Shown here piece after piece: positions 20,659 through 29,451 of a DNA stretch of 64,000 nucleotides (positions are counted from its first letter, which is position 1; each line of letters begins with the position of its first letter). The DNA comes from Trueperaceae bacterium (GTDB lineage Bacteria > Deinococcota > Deinococci > Deinococcales > Trueperaceae): contig CBDCDZ010000004.1 in NCBI GenBank assembly GCA_965215565.1, positions 32,001 to 96,000 of the forward strand, given 5' to 3'. Under the pieces are notes generated by a model that was not told where the DNA came from, did not search any database, and saw only the letters and a program-made list of their open reading frames with translations. The position numbers and the translations under genes were made by a program.

Positions 20659-22149
20659 CTAATCGCCCAGTTGCGCTAGGAACGCCGTCGCCCGCTCGAT
20701 GACGGCGAGAAACGGTCCCGGCACGATGCCGATGGCGAGCGAGAGGGCGGCTAAGGGGATGATGGAACTCGCCTCGAGCGGCTCCAACTCCCCCACCTCC
20801 GGCATATCTTCAGGCGGCTGTCCCATCAGCAAGAGGTTTAAGACCTTCAAATAGAGCCCCGTTGTGACGATGAGCCCAAACAAGGCGAGCACCGCCAACC
20901 ACGGGCTCACCGCGAGCGTCGCGCCTAAAACTTGAAACTCCGCGACGAAGCCTGACAGAGCAGGCAACCCGAGCGAGCCGAACGCCAAGAGCCCCAACAG
21001 TCCGCTGTAAAGAGGTGCACGTCCTAAGAGCCCGCCGAACCGCGCCATCTCCCGCGTGCCGGTGTGATGCTGGAGTACGCCCGCGAGAAAGAACATCCCG
21101 CCCGTCAAGAGCCCGTGGCTGACCATCTGCAAGACCGCACCATTGAGGGCGAGTTGCTTCACGCCTGTGTCAGAAGAGAGCCCCCATACCGCTACACCTA
21201 ACATCACGTAGCCCATGTGATTGACCGACGTATAGGCGATGAGCCGCTTGAGGTCGCGCTGCGGCAAAGCGGCGAGCGCACCGTAGACGAGTGACACGAG
21301 CGCCAAGACCATCAAGAGCCAAGCGTACTCTTGCACTACTCCCGGCAGCGTCGGGATGAGCACACGCAAGAGACCATACGCGCCCATCTTGAGCTGAATC
21401 CCGGCTAGCATCACGCTCCCCTCGGTAGGCGCTTCGACGTGGGCGTCAGGGAGCCAGTTGTGTAGAGGCACGGTGGGTAGCTTGACGCCGAAACCGAGGA
21501 GCAACCCTAAGAGCACCCAGAAGCCCGCCGCCTGCCCTACAAAAGGTTGCGCGGCTGTAATCGCTGATAGCGAAAAGCTGCGCGTCCCTACCGAATCGCC
21601 CGTCGCGAGGTAGAGCGCCAAGAAGCTCAGCAACATCGCCAAACTGCCTGCACGGGTATAGAGAAAGAACTTCAAGGCGGCGTAGCGGCGGTTCTCGCCG
21701 CCCCAGATGCCGACGATAAAGTACATCGGCACGAGCCCGACCTCGAAGAAGAGGTAGAAGAGCAGGAGGTCTTGCGCAGCGAAGAGTCCTAAAAGACCCG
21801 TCGCCATCAGCAAAAACAAGAAGGCGTGCTCTTTCGCCCGTTCGCGTTTGGGGAGGACGTAGAGCATCGAGAGGCTGAGTAAAAGTGCGGTCAGGACGAT
21901 GAGGGGCAGTGAAAGCCCGTCCACCGCCACGTCGTAGCTCGAGCCAATACTAGGAATCCAATCCGCGACGGTGCGCCACTGCAAGCGTGAACCTGTCGGA
22001 TCATAGCCGCCCCATAAAATGAGCGTAAAGAGCAGCGTGAGAAGCGAGCCTGCGAGGGCAGCGTAACGGATGAGCTTGGCTTGCGCGTTCGGTATAACCA
22101 GCAGGGCGAGCCCCACGGCAAGCGGTAAAAAGATCGTAATACTTAACAT
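20659..22149 (-). CDS. nuoM: NuoM-like antiporter-type membrane subunit
   Basis: FFEVGLVPMY, AALKFFLYT, KLPTVPLHNWLPDAHVEAPT, LKMGAYG and GFVAEF. Confidence 0.93.
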   Translation of the reverse strand: MLSITIFLPLAVGLALLVIPNAQAKLIRYAALAGSLLTLLFTLILWGGYDPTGSRLQWRTVADWIPSIGSSYDVAVDGLSLPLIVLTALLLSLSMLYVLPKRERAKEHAFLFLLMATGLLGLFAAQDLLLFYLFFEVGLVPMYFIVGIWGGENRRYAALKFFLYTRAGSLAMLLSFLALYLATGDSVGTRSFSLSAITAAQPFVGQAAGFWVLLGLLLGFGVKLPTVPLHNWLPDAHVEAPTEGSVMLAGIQLKMGAYGLLRVLIPTLPGVVQEYAWLLMVLALVSLVYGALAALPQRDLKRLIAYTSVNHMGYVMLGVAVWGLSSDTGVKQLALNGAVLQMVSHGLLTGGMFFLAGVLQHHTGTREMARFGGLLGRAPLYSGLLGLLAFGSLGLPALSGFVAEFQVLGATLAVSPWLAVLALFGLIVTTGLYLKVLNLLLMGQPPEDMPEVGELEPLEASSIIPLAALSLAIGIVPGPFLAVIERATAFLAQLGD

Positions 22150-22168
22150 AGAACTCCTAACACAGCGT

Positions 22169-24112
22169 TCAGAACCATAAAAGCGCCCCGGCGAGGATGA
22201 CTGCGCCTGTCCAGATAAAGAGGATCAAGGTGTAAATGTAGAGCTTGCCACTCTGCGCCGCGCGTAAGTACTCGCTCGAGCGCCCTAACAGGCGGGCGAA
22301 GGCGTCGCCCCCTCTTGAGAAACCGACACGTTCCGCTTGGTCGGTGCGGTTGGCTAAGTTGAGTGTTAGTGTCGCCCCTGCCCGAGCGCTCTTGTCGAAG
22401 ATTGTCTCGAGCCCGTCCAACGCTCGCCCGCTACGTTGAGCCGTATCAGCAAGGTGGCGTACAGCAATGTCGAACCCCTGCTCGGCAGCATCAACCGCTG
22501 AAGCGATTCGCTCAGCAGCGAGAGCGGGAGCCCGCGTCACCCGCTCTAATCCTTCTGCGAGCGAAACAGGACCCGTCCCAAAGGTCGGCACGGGTCCAGC
22601 CTGCCATACGCGCCACGCGCCTAGCATCAACCCCGCGAAGCTCGCCGCAACCGCCCAAAGCGTCCAAGCGGCGGACACGTGCGGCGCACCTTCAAAGGGC
22701 AAAAAGGCTTCTAACCGCCCCGAAAGCGCCCATCCCAGTCCAAGCGCAAAAAGTGCCGTCGTGAGCATCCCTGCCTTCATGCGCCAGCCGACCTCTTCCG
22801 CAGTAACCTCATAGGTGTCCTGAGTCGTATCCCGCCACGCCGCAAACGACGCCATCCCCGCGCGGCTGATGTAGACGCCCGCTAGAAAGATGAGGAACAC
22901 GAGCAGTGCGCCGAGGAAGGGGCTAGCAGAAGCAGCTTGAGCTAAAATTGCCTCTTCACTCCAAAAAGCTGAAAAGGGGGGTAAACCCGCCAGCGTGAGC
23001 GCCGCCGCGCCGAACGCGAAGGTCGTATAGGGCAACTGCCGAAACAAGCCGCCCATCTTGCGTAAGTCGTAGCTGCCGACCGCGTGCCCTACCGCGCCTG
23101 CTGCCAGAAAGAGTGTCGCCTTAAATGCCGCGTGCGTGGTGAGGTGAAAGGCTGCGGCGGTTGCGCCGCTCACGCCCAGCGCCAGCATCATCTCACCGAG
23201 TTGCGAGACCGTAGACCACGCCAAAACGCGCTTGAGGTCGGTCTCAGTGGTGGCGATAAGGGCGGCGATGAGGGCGGTGAGCACCCCTACTATTAGGATG
23301 ACGGTGAGTGCCCCCGGCGCAGCCTCGAAAAGCGGGAAGAGCCGGAGCAAGAGGTACACGCCCGCTGCAACCATCGTCGCAGAGTGAATGAGCGCCGAGA
23401 CGGGCGTCGGTCCCGCCATTGCGTCAGGGAGCCAGGCGGTAAGGGGAAGTTGGGCGCTTTTACCGAGTGCGCCTAGCAGCAAGAGGAGGGCGGTAGCGGT
23501 TAAAAAGCTGTCGGGAAGGGTCCCCACCGCACCTAGAATCGCGCCGATGTCGGTGGTGCCTAGCTCGAGCAATAGCCACAACCACCCGAGCAAGAGCCCC
23601 AAGTCTCCTATCCGCGTCATCAAAAACGCCTTACGCGCCGCCTTGCGGGAGTCCTCTTTGCTGTACCAAAAGCCGATGAGCCCATACGACGCCAGCCCGA
23701 CCCCCTCCCACGCGGCGAAGAGCAGCACAAGCGAACCGCTCAGCACGAGCGTCAGCATCGTGCCGACGAAAAAGGATAAGAGGGCAAAGAAGCGAGGTTT
23801 GCTCTTCTCTTCAGCCATATAGCCCACCACGTACACGCCAACGAGAAAACTCACGCTCGAGACCACGAGCGCCAAGAGGTATGAGAGCGGGTCTAGGGTT
23901 AAACCGGCGGTGAGGGTGAAGGAGCCGGTCTCGAGCCATGTACCACTCACGCTCAACCTTTGTCCAGTCAAAATGAGGATGAGTAGAAGGCTCAAGCCAC
24001 TTGCACCCGCGCTTAGCCACGCACCTTTCGTGGGGAGCTTAGAGCCGAAGAACAGGATGACGAACGCTGCAAAGAGAGGTGCAAACGGCACGGCAAAGAG
24101 AAGCACGCTCAT
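22169..24112 (-). CDS. nuoL: NuoL-like antiporter-type membrane subunit with a long C-terminal amphipathic helix
   Basis: WEGVGLASYGLIGFW, KSAQLPLTAWLPDAMAGPTPVSALIHSATMV and QSGKLYIY. Start ATG 24112 overlaps the nuoK stop (ATGA). Confidence 0.93.
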   Translation of the reverse strand: MSVLLFAVPFAPLFAAFVILFFGSKLPTKGAWLSAGASGLSLLLILILTGQRLSVSGTWLETGSFTLTAGLTLDPLSYLLALVVSSVSFLVGVYVVGYMAEEKSKPRFFALLSFFVGTMLTLVLSGSLVLLFAAWEGVGLASYGLIGFWYSKEDSRKAARKAFLMTRIGDLGLLLGWLWLLLELGTTDIGAILGAVGTLPDSFLTATALLLLLGALGKSAQLPLTAWLPDAMAGPTPVSALIHSATMVAAGVYLLLRLFPLFEAAPGALTVILIVGVLTALIAALIATTETDLKRVLAWSTVSQLGEMMLALGVSGATAAAFHLTTHAAFKATLFLAAGAVGHAVGSYDLRKMGGLFRQLPYTTFAFGAAALTLAGLPPFSAFWSEEAILAQAASASPFLGALLVFLIFLAGVYISRAGMASFAAWRDTTQDTYEVTAEEVGWRMKAGMLTTALFALGLGWALSGRLEAFLPFEGAPHVSAAWTLWAVAASFAGLMLGAWRVWQAGPVPTFGTGPVSLAEGLERVTRAPALAAERIASAVDAAEQGFDIAVRHLADTAQRSGRALDGLETIFDKSARAGATLTLNLANRTDQAERVGFSRGGDAFARLLGRSSEYLRAAQSGKLYIYTLILFIWTGAVILAGALLWF

Positions 24113-24420
24113 CCTTTCAGCTCCGTGAACTGGTCCACTTGCTGCGTACCCTGGTTGCGGTAGAGCAGCATCATGATGGCGAGTCCGATTGCCATCTCGA
24201 CCGCGCCCAGCGTCACGATGATGATGAGGAAAATTTGCGCCGAGTAGTCGCCGGGCTGCACGAAGCGCCAAAACGCGACGATGTTGAGCCCGATGGCGTT
24301 AAGCAAAACTTCGATGCCCATGAGGATCATCACCGCCGAGCGTTGCGCGACGACGGCGTAGATGCCGATGCCGAAGAGGATGGCGGCGACAACTAAAAAG
24401 GCGCTGAGGGGGATGATCAT
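24109..24420 (-). CDS. nuoK: NuoK-like subunit
   Basis: GIEVLLNA and GAVEMAIGLA retain both conserved glutamates. Confidence 0.92.
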   Translation of the reverse strand: MIIPLSAFLVVAAILFGIGIYAVVAQRSAVMILMGIEVLLNAIGLNIVAFWRFVQPGDYSAQIFLIIIVTLGAVEMAIGLAIMMLLYRNQGTQQVDQFTELKG

Positions 24421-25307
24421 TCGGAGACCTCTTTACTCGAGCTTTCTGCTCCCATCAAAGGGACTAACCTGTCATCCTCAAGCTCCGTAGGGTTTTCATC
24501 CAGCCCCACATACGCCTCGCGGTTTTTAGGTGAGGGGTGGCAGTCAGGTCGGGCGATATAAACCGCGCCGAAGATGCCCACTAGAATAAGCAACCCTGCC
24601 CCTTCGAACGCCATCATGTACTTACCCATCAATAAGCTACCGATTTCGCGTGCCGAGTCGGGGTTGGGCGTCGCATCTACAACAGGCCAAGCGGGGCGGA
24701 AAAGGAGAAGTCCGACGAGCAACACTGACACCGCGATGCCCAATGCGGCGGCGTAAGGACGCACCGGCGTGACCATCGACATATCCATATCCCCGTGGTC
24801 CATGTCGCCGTGATCCATCTCGCTATGGTCCATCTCCCCGTCGTCCATATCATTGTGCGCATCTTCGTTTTCACTATCACTACCACTACTTTCGGCATGA
24901 CTCATCTCATGATGTTGATGTTCATCTTGTTCCTGGTCTTCACCGAGCGACTTCACCTCCTCTGCTTGGACCTCTTCTTTATCTTTAGGCAGTAACCCCA
25001 AACTGAAGAACTTCTCAACAAGAGGCAAATCCATCCCCGCCATCATGTCCCCGCCGGGGTCGTGCGAGAAGAGCGCCATGAAGAGGATCATCACCAGCAT
25101 CCCGCCGATGTACATCATCACTTGGAGGAGCCCTAAGAGGTCCGCCGATAAGAGGATGAAGAGCCCCGACACGCCGATAAAGGAGCCCATCAGGAAGATG
25201 CCACTCCTATACATGCTCATCGTCGTCGCCATGCCGAGTGCACCCAGAATCGCGATGAGCGACAACAGGGTGAAGGCTAAAATCTGTGCAAGAGGTCCTA
25301 AAATCAT
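24417..25307 (-). CDS. nuoJ: NuoJ-like subunit with a large acidic His/Met-rich insertion
   Basis: LQVMMYIGGMLVMILF (TM3) and IGSLLMGKYMMAFEGAGLLILVGIFGA. Insert EHQHHEMSH..MDHSEMDHGDMDHGDMDMSM. Confidence 0.88.
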   Translation of the reverse strand: MILGPLAQILAFTLLSLIAILGALGMATTMSMYRSGIFLMGSFIGVSGLFILLSADLLGLLQVMMYIGGMLVMILFMALFSHDPGGDMMAGMDLPLVEKFFSLGLLPKDKEEVQAEEVKSLGEDQEQDEHQHHEMSHAESSGSDSENEDAHNDMDDGEMDHSEMDHGDMDHGDMDMSMVTPVRPYAAALGIAVSVLLVGLLLFRPAWPVVDATPNPDSAREIGSLLMGKYMMAFEGAGLLILVGIFGAVYIARPDCHPSPKNREAYVGLDENPTELEDDRLVPLMGAESSSKEVSE

Positions 25308-25320
25308 GCTTTCGTCTCCA

Positions 25321-26220
25321 TCATTGCCCTACCCCTAAAAGAATGAGCGCCCCGACGATGAGCACGTTGACCAAGCCGACGGGCGTCAGAATGCGCCAGG
25401 AGAGCTTGAGCATCTGCGCGGTAGAAAGAGGTTGCACACGCCGCCCGAGCCAGAGCATGAACGCCATCAGGCCAAACGTTTTGAGGAGCATCCACACAGG
25501 TGCGGGGAGCCACGGTCCGTGCCAGCCGCCCAGGTAGAGCACCGCGCCCATCGCCGCGACGACGAAGAGCAGCCCCGCCAAAGAGAGCCGCCATATAAAC
25601 GCCTGCCAGCCGCCGACGACGCCTAAGACGCCGTAGTTAAGGTGGCTCGAGAACGGCTCTAAAAAGGGCGCACGGTACGCCTGCATGAGCCCTGTGATGA
25701 CGTAGAGCGCAAAGCCGATAGGCTGCACGACGATGTACCAGATACCTGCTTGATTTTCCACGATAGTGTTCAGCGAGAGCGACCGCGCCATCATGATCGC
25801 GCCCACATACGCGAGCCCGAGCGGGATGACGTAGGAAACGAGCTGCGCGGTGATGCGGTAGTACACGTCCACCGCGTCCCGCACGTTCGCGCCCCAGCCT
25901 GCGATGGCGACACCCAGCACGACGAAGTCCACCACGACGATGAAGTAGAACGCACCGACGCCTATATCCTCCGCGACGAGGTTCGGACCGAACGGGATGA
26001 TGATCGCGGCGGCAGCGACGCCGAACAGCGCCGAGACTGCGCCCGCCGGGTAAAGCCAGCGGTCTTCGCGTAAGAGTTTGATGTCTCTCTCAGCCGGGGG
26101 CGCAGCAGCAGGACCGACCTCTTGCGCGGGGCGGAGCATGACGCGCTCCAAGACCATCGTAAGGACTGCGCCGATAGCGAGGACGCTGAAGGTGAAGAGC
26201 GTGCCCGTCAGTACGCCCAT
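25321..26220 (-). CDS. nuoH: NuoH-like subunit, divergent
   Basis: 8-TM pattern; AQLVSYVIPLGL, SLSLNTIVENQ, VLYLGGW and QMLKLSWRILTP. Start set to ATG 26220. Confidence 0.85.
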   Translation of the reverse strand: MGVLTGTLFTFSVLAIGAVLTMVLERVMLRPAQEVGPAAAPPAERDIKLLREDRWLYPAGAVSALFGVAAAAIIIPFGPNLVAEDIGVGAFYFIVVVDFVVLGVAIAGWGANVRDAVDVYYRITAQLVSYVIPLGLAYVGAIMMARSLSLNTIVENQAGIWYIVVQPIGFALYVITGLMQAYRAPFLEPFSSHLNYGVLGVVGGWQAFIWRLSLAGLLFVVAAMGAVLYLGGWHGPWLPAPVWMLLKTFGLMAFMLWLGRRVQPLSTAQMLKLSWRILTPVGLVNVLIVGALILLGVGQ

Positions 26221-26239
26221 GATTCTACTTCCACAGTAG

Positions 26240-26557
26240 CTACTCCCACTCGAGCCCCCCCATCCCCCAAGCGTAGGCAATGCCAGCTGAGAGAATCGCG
26301 ATAAAGACGAACATGTCCAAAAATGCCGTTAAGCCTTCCTCGGCAAAGACTACCGCCCAGGGATACATGAAGATCATCTCCATATCGAAGGACAGAAAGA
26401 TGAGCGCGTAGATGACGTAGCCGAAGCGGTACGACCCCCACGCGCTAGGCGCTTTAATCAAAGTTGCTTTAGGTCGCCAATAGGCTGCACCTAGAAGTGC
26501 CAAACCAACCACGACCAGTGCGACCAAGCCGACCACGGCGTAACTGCTTAGAATCAT
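26240..26557 (-). CDS. nuoA: NuoA-like subunit, divergent
   Basis: YALIFLSFDMEMIFMYPWAVVF..YAWGMGGLEWE. Confidence 0.88.
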   Translation of the reverse strand: MILSSYAVVGLVALVVVGLALLGAAYWRPKATLIKAPSAWGSYRFGYVIYALIFLSFDMEMIFMYPWAVVFAEEGLTAFLDMFVFIAILSAGIAYAWGMGGLEWE

Positions 26558-26716
26558 CTGAATCCCCTCGAGTCTCAGAACGCGATAAGTACACCTATAT
26601 TTCCCACCCCAGGTGGGGTGGAACCCGCTTCGTTATACCGATTAGGATTTCCGCACGTCAAGTGTCGTAGCTTGCAGTTTTCGTGGCTCGAGCCCCTCAT
26701 ACGTGTGGACTCGACC

Positions 26717-26956
26717 TCACTGCAAATCGCGCCTCAAGGACTCGTACTGCTCCTTGTCTATTTCGCCCTTGGCGTAGCGGCGCTTGGCGACCTCGAGCGC
26801 GTCTATTTGCTCGACGCTTCCCCCATGACTCTGCGGAAACATTAGCCTGACGAGCCACACCACTAAAAGGGCGACCAGAACGAGGAATACGAGCGACCCG
26901 AGCCACCCGAAGCCCATCCAGCCATCCATCATGCCTGTGCCGTTCATCATGTTCAT
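26717..26956 (-). CDS. SHOCT-domain membrane protein with Met-rich N-terminus
   Basis: MNMMNGTGMMDGWMG, one TM and ALEVAKRRYAKGEIDKEQY; AAGGAGG RBS. Confidence 0.88.
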   Translation of the reverse strand: MNMMNGTGMMDGWMGFGWLGSLVFLVLVALLVVWLVRLMFPQSHGGSVEQIDALEVAKRRYAKGEIDKEQYESLRRDLQ

Positions 26957-26977
26957 ACCGAACCTCCTTTACGACGT

Positions 26978-27010
26978 AAAGTACAGGGTCAATGTTCAGC
27001 TTGAATAAAG
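26978..27010 (-). promoter_or_regulatory. Putative OmpR-family tandem box plus -10 (copy 1)
   Basis: Minus strand CTTTATT-caag-CTGAACA-N9-TACTTT; same geometry as three other island promoters. Confidence 0.65.
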
Positions 27011-27011
27011 C

Positions 27012-28163
27012 TCAAGCGTCGCGGGTGGGCAACGTGAACCAGAAGCAGCTTCCCTCACCTGGGGTGCTCTCCGCCCCGATGCGCCCCCCTTGCCGCTGTA
27101 CGTAATGCTTAGCAATCGTCAAGCCGATGCCGCTATTGCTGCCGCCACGTGCTTTATCGGCGCGGTAGAACCGGGTAAAGAGGTGCGGCAAATCTTGCGC
27201 AGCAATACCCTCGCCCGTGTCTGTCACCTTAAAACACACCCCTTTATGCTCCAACGTCGCGCTGAGGCGCACCTCACCCCCGGATGGCGTGTGGCGCAAG
27301 GCGTTGTCGATGAGGTTCGCCAGCACTTGAGCGCTACGTGTCGGGTCGGCACGTACCGTGAGCGCGTCGGGGACATTTTGCGTCGTCAACGTCACCCCCT
27401 TCTGGTCAAACTGCGGGCGAAAGGCGGCTCTCTGTTGCTCGAGGAGACTTCCAACTTGAACCTCGTGCACATTCAACTCGTCCTGTCCACTTTCGACTTT
27501 AGAGAGTAGGGAAATATCCCCGACTAGCCGTTCTAAACGGTTCACCTGTTTCTGGCAGGCGGCTAAGGTCTCAGCGTCCGCTTCGAAGAGCCCGTCCTCC
27601 AAACCTTCCAAGTAGCCGTGCAAGCTGCTCAGTGGCGTCTTGAACTCGTGCGCGACGTTGTTGAGGAGTTCGACGCGGCGCTGCTCGGTCTGTTCCAAGG
27701 AGCCCGCCATCTCGTTGAACGCGCCCGCTAGCGCCCCGATTTCACCCGGATAGTTCGTGCTGAGCCGCTCGTGATACCGCCCCGAGGCGACGCGGCTACT
27801 GGCAGTTTTCATCTTGCGTAGAGGCGAGACGATGAACCAAGTGACGATGAGGCTGACCACGCCCGCGATGATGACCGAGCCGATGATGCCCCAGCGCATC
27901 GCCTGTTCAGCGGCTTCGCGGTAGGAGCGGCGCAAATCGGTCTCCATCGCCACAATTTCAGGGCGTGAGGTGTCGGTCAGCGTGCCGAGTTGCGCCATCA
28001 TGGTCTCGATGTGTTGCTCGAACAAAAGCGGCGCGAACGCCTCGCTCGCCAAGAAAAAGGTCAGGCAGCAAGTCGCGACGACCAAGAGGTAGGAGATGAG
28101 CAATCGCCCGTAGAGGTCGAGGTCGCGCCACTTCAAGCCCCTTATGAAACTAGGTCCTCTCAC
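27012..28163 (-). CDS. HAMP-domain sensor histidine kinase
   Basis: Two TMs, HAMP, H-box VAHEFKTPL, NLIDNALRHT, DTGEGI and GIGLTI. Confidence 0.95.
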   Translation of the reverse strand: MRGPSFIRGLKWRDLDLYGRLLISYLLVVATCCLTFFLASEAFAPLLFEQHIETMMAQLGTLTDTSRPEIVAMETDLRRSYREAAEQAMRWGIIGSVIIAGVVSLIVTWFIVSPLRKMKTASSRVASGRYHERLSTNYPGEIGALAGAFNEMAGSLEQTEQRRVELLNNVAHEFKTPLSSLHGYLEGLEDGLFEADAETLAACQKQVNRLERLVGDISLLSKVESGQDELNVHEVQVGSLLEQQRAAFRPQFDQKGVTLTTQNVPDALTVRADPTRSAQVLANLIDNALRHTPSGGEVRLSATLEHKGVCFKVTDTGEGIAAQDLPHLFTRFYRADKARGGSNSGIGLTIAKHYVQRQGGRIGAESTPGEGSCFWFTLPTRDA

Positions 28164-28864
28164 GGTGTGTCCTCGCTGAATTTATAGCCTACGCCGCGCA
28201 CGGTGAGCAAGTAGGTCGGGCGGTTGGGGCTCTGCTCGAGCTTCTGCCGCAAGTTCGAGACGTGCACGTCCACCACGCGGTCCACGCCTAAAAAATTCTC
28301 ACCCCACACGCGGCTCAAGAGGTCGTTGCGGCGAAAGACGCGCCCCGGCTGCGAAGCGAGCGTCACCAAGAGGTCAAATTCTAAGGTGGTCAGCTCGAGC
28401 GGGTTTCCGTCTAAACGCGCAGTGCGTTTGTCTAGGTCGACTTCTAACGCACCTTGTCGAATGGTCTGACGCACGTCCGCCGACGCTTCACCCCGCCGTA
28501 ACACCGCCTGCACACGGGCGACGAGTTCGCGCGGGGAGAAGGGTTTGGGCACGTAGTCGTCCACACCCGCCGCGAAGCCCGCCAATCGGTCCGGCTCTTC
28601 TCCTTTGGCGGTGAGCATGATGACCGGCGTGGGACGCTCTAAACGCAACCTCTTGAGAAATTCCAACCCGTCCAGATGCGGCAACATCCAGTCCAACACG
28701 ACGAGGCGCGGAGAGAGGGTGAGGGCTTTCTCGAGCCCACTTACCCCATCGGTTGCCACCTCGACGGCGTAACCTTCGCGTCCTAAGTAAGCTTGGACAA
28801 TTTTAACGATGTCGGGGTCATCCTCGACAATGAGGATAGGTGCGGCCTTATTCAAAGGGCTCAT
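28160..28864 (-). CDS. OmpR/PhoB-family response regulator
   Basis: IVEDD, LDWMLP, KPFSPREL, VDVHVSNLRQK and TVRGVGYKF. Confidence 0.96.
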   Translation of the reverse strand: MSPLNKAAPILIVEDDPDIVKIVQAYLGREGYAVEVATDGVSGLEKALTLSPRLVVLDWMLPHLDGLEFLKRLRLERPTPVIMLTAKGEEPDRLAGFAAGVDDYVPKPFSPRELVARVQAVLRRGEASADVRQTIRQGALEVDLDKRTARLDGNPLELTTLEFDLLVTLASQPGRVFRRNDLLSRVWGENFLGVDRVVDVHVSNLRQKLEQSPNRPTYLLTVRGVGYKFSEDTP

Positions 28865-29439
28865 CCCTCTATTATTGCCCTAAACTGCTGCCAGCGGCGT
28901 TGGAGTTGTTCTCTCAAGAGGTAGAGGATAAGCAGTGCGTCTAGCGTCAGCTCGAAGACGAAGAACTGCCGTCCGAAGTGCGCAGGGTCCCAGTAGGAAA
29001 TGGGGCTCGAGAAGCGAAGCGACCAGTCGAAGGGAAAGAGCAACAAGGGTCCGTCGCTATTGTGTGTGAGGATGTCGATGAGAGTATGCAAGGCGGCAGC
29101 CGCGAAAAACCAGAAGAGCCAACGCTGGACGGTGTTCTGAGTATGACGGTAGCGCCAGAGGAGCGCGAGCCCTACACCTAAAATGATCGGCGCGTGCAGG
29201 AAGTTGTGCGGGATGATCCAGTAAGGGCTGGTGTAGAAGAGCGTCTCCGCCATCCACTCGTGCGCCTCGCTCAAGTTTTCGCCTTGCAGCCACGTGTAGA
29301 GCGTCGTGCCCGACATTAGAAGGTAAATGGGAATATCGGGCACAACCGAACCGACCAAAACCGCCCAGAGCGGTAGCTCAATCTTGCGCTGCCGCTTAGC
29401 GAGCGCCGCTGTGATGATGAGGTGAGAGGGCGTGGTCAT
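28861..29439 (-). CDS. Membrane metal-dependent hydrolase-like protein (YdjM-like)
   Basis: MTTPSH, GSVVPD, HNFLH and LHTLIDILTH His motifs with TM segments. Confidence 0.7.
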   Translation of the reverse strand: MTTPSHLIITAALAKRQRKIELPLWAVLVGSVVPDIPIYLLMSGTTLYTWLQGENLSEAHEWMAETLFYTSPYWIIPHNFLHAPIILGVGLALLWRYRHTQNTVQRWLFWFFAAAALHTLIDILTHNSDGPLLLFPFDWSLRFSSPISYWDPAHFGRQFFVFELTLDALLILYLLREQLQRRWQQFRAIIEG

Positions 29440-29451
29440 AGGAGGATGAGG

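Noticed and set aside
24113..24271. Extended nuoL N-terminus in the ORF track
   Set aside because: It overlaps nuoK out of frame; the ATGA coupling at 24109-24112 gives the natural start.
19221..26557. Calling the cluster a normal NADH dehydrogenase I, an Mrp antiporter or a hydrogenase-4
   Set aside because: There are no Fe-S, flavin or NiFe subunits and no room for them between genes. NuoA/NuoH homologs are present and MrpE/F/G were not seen.
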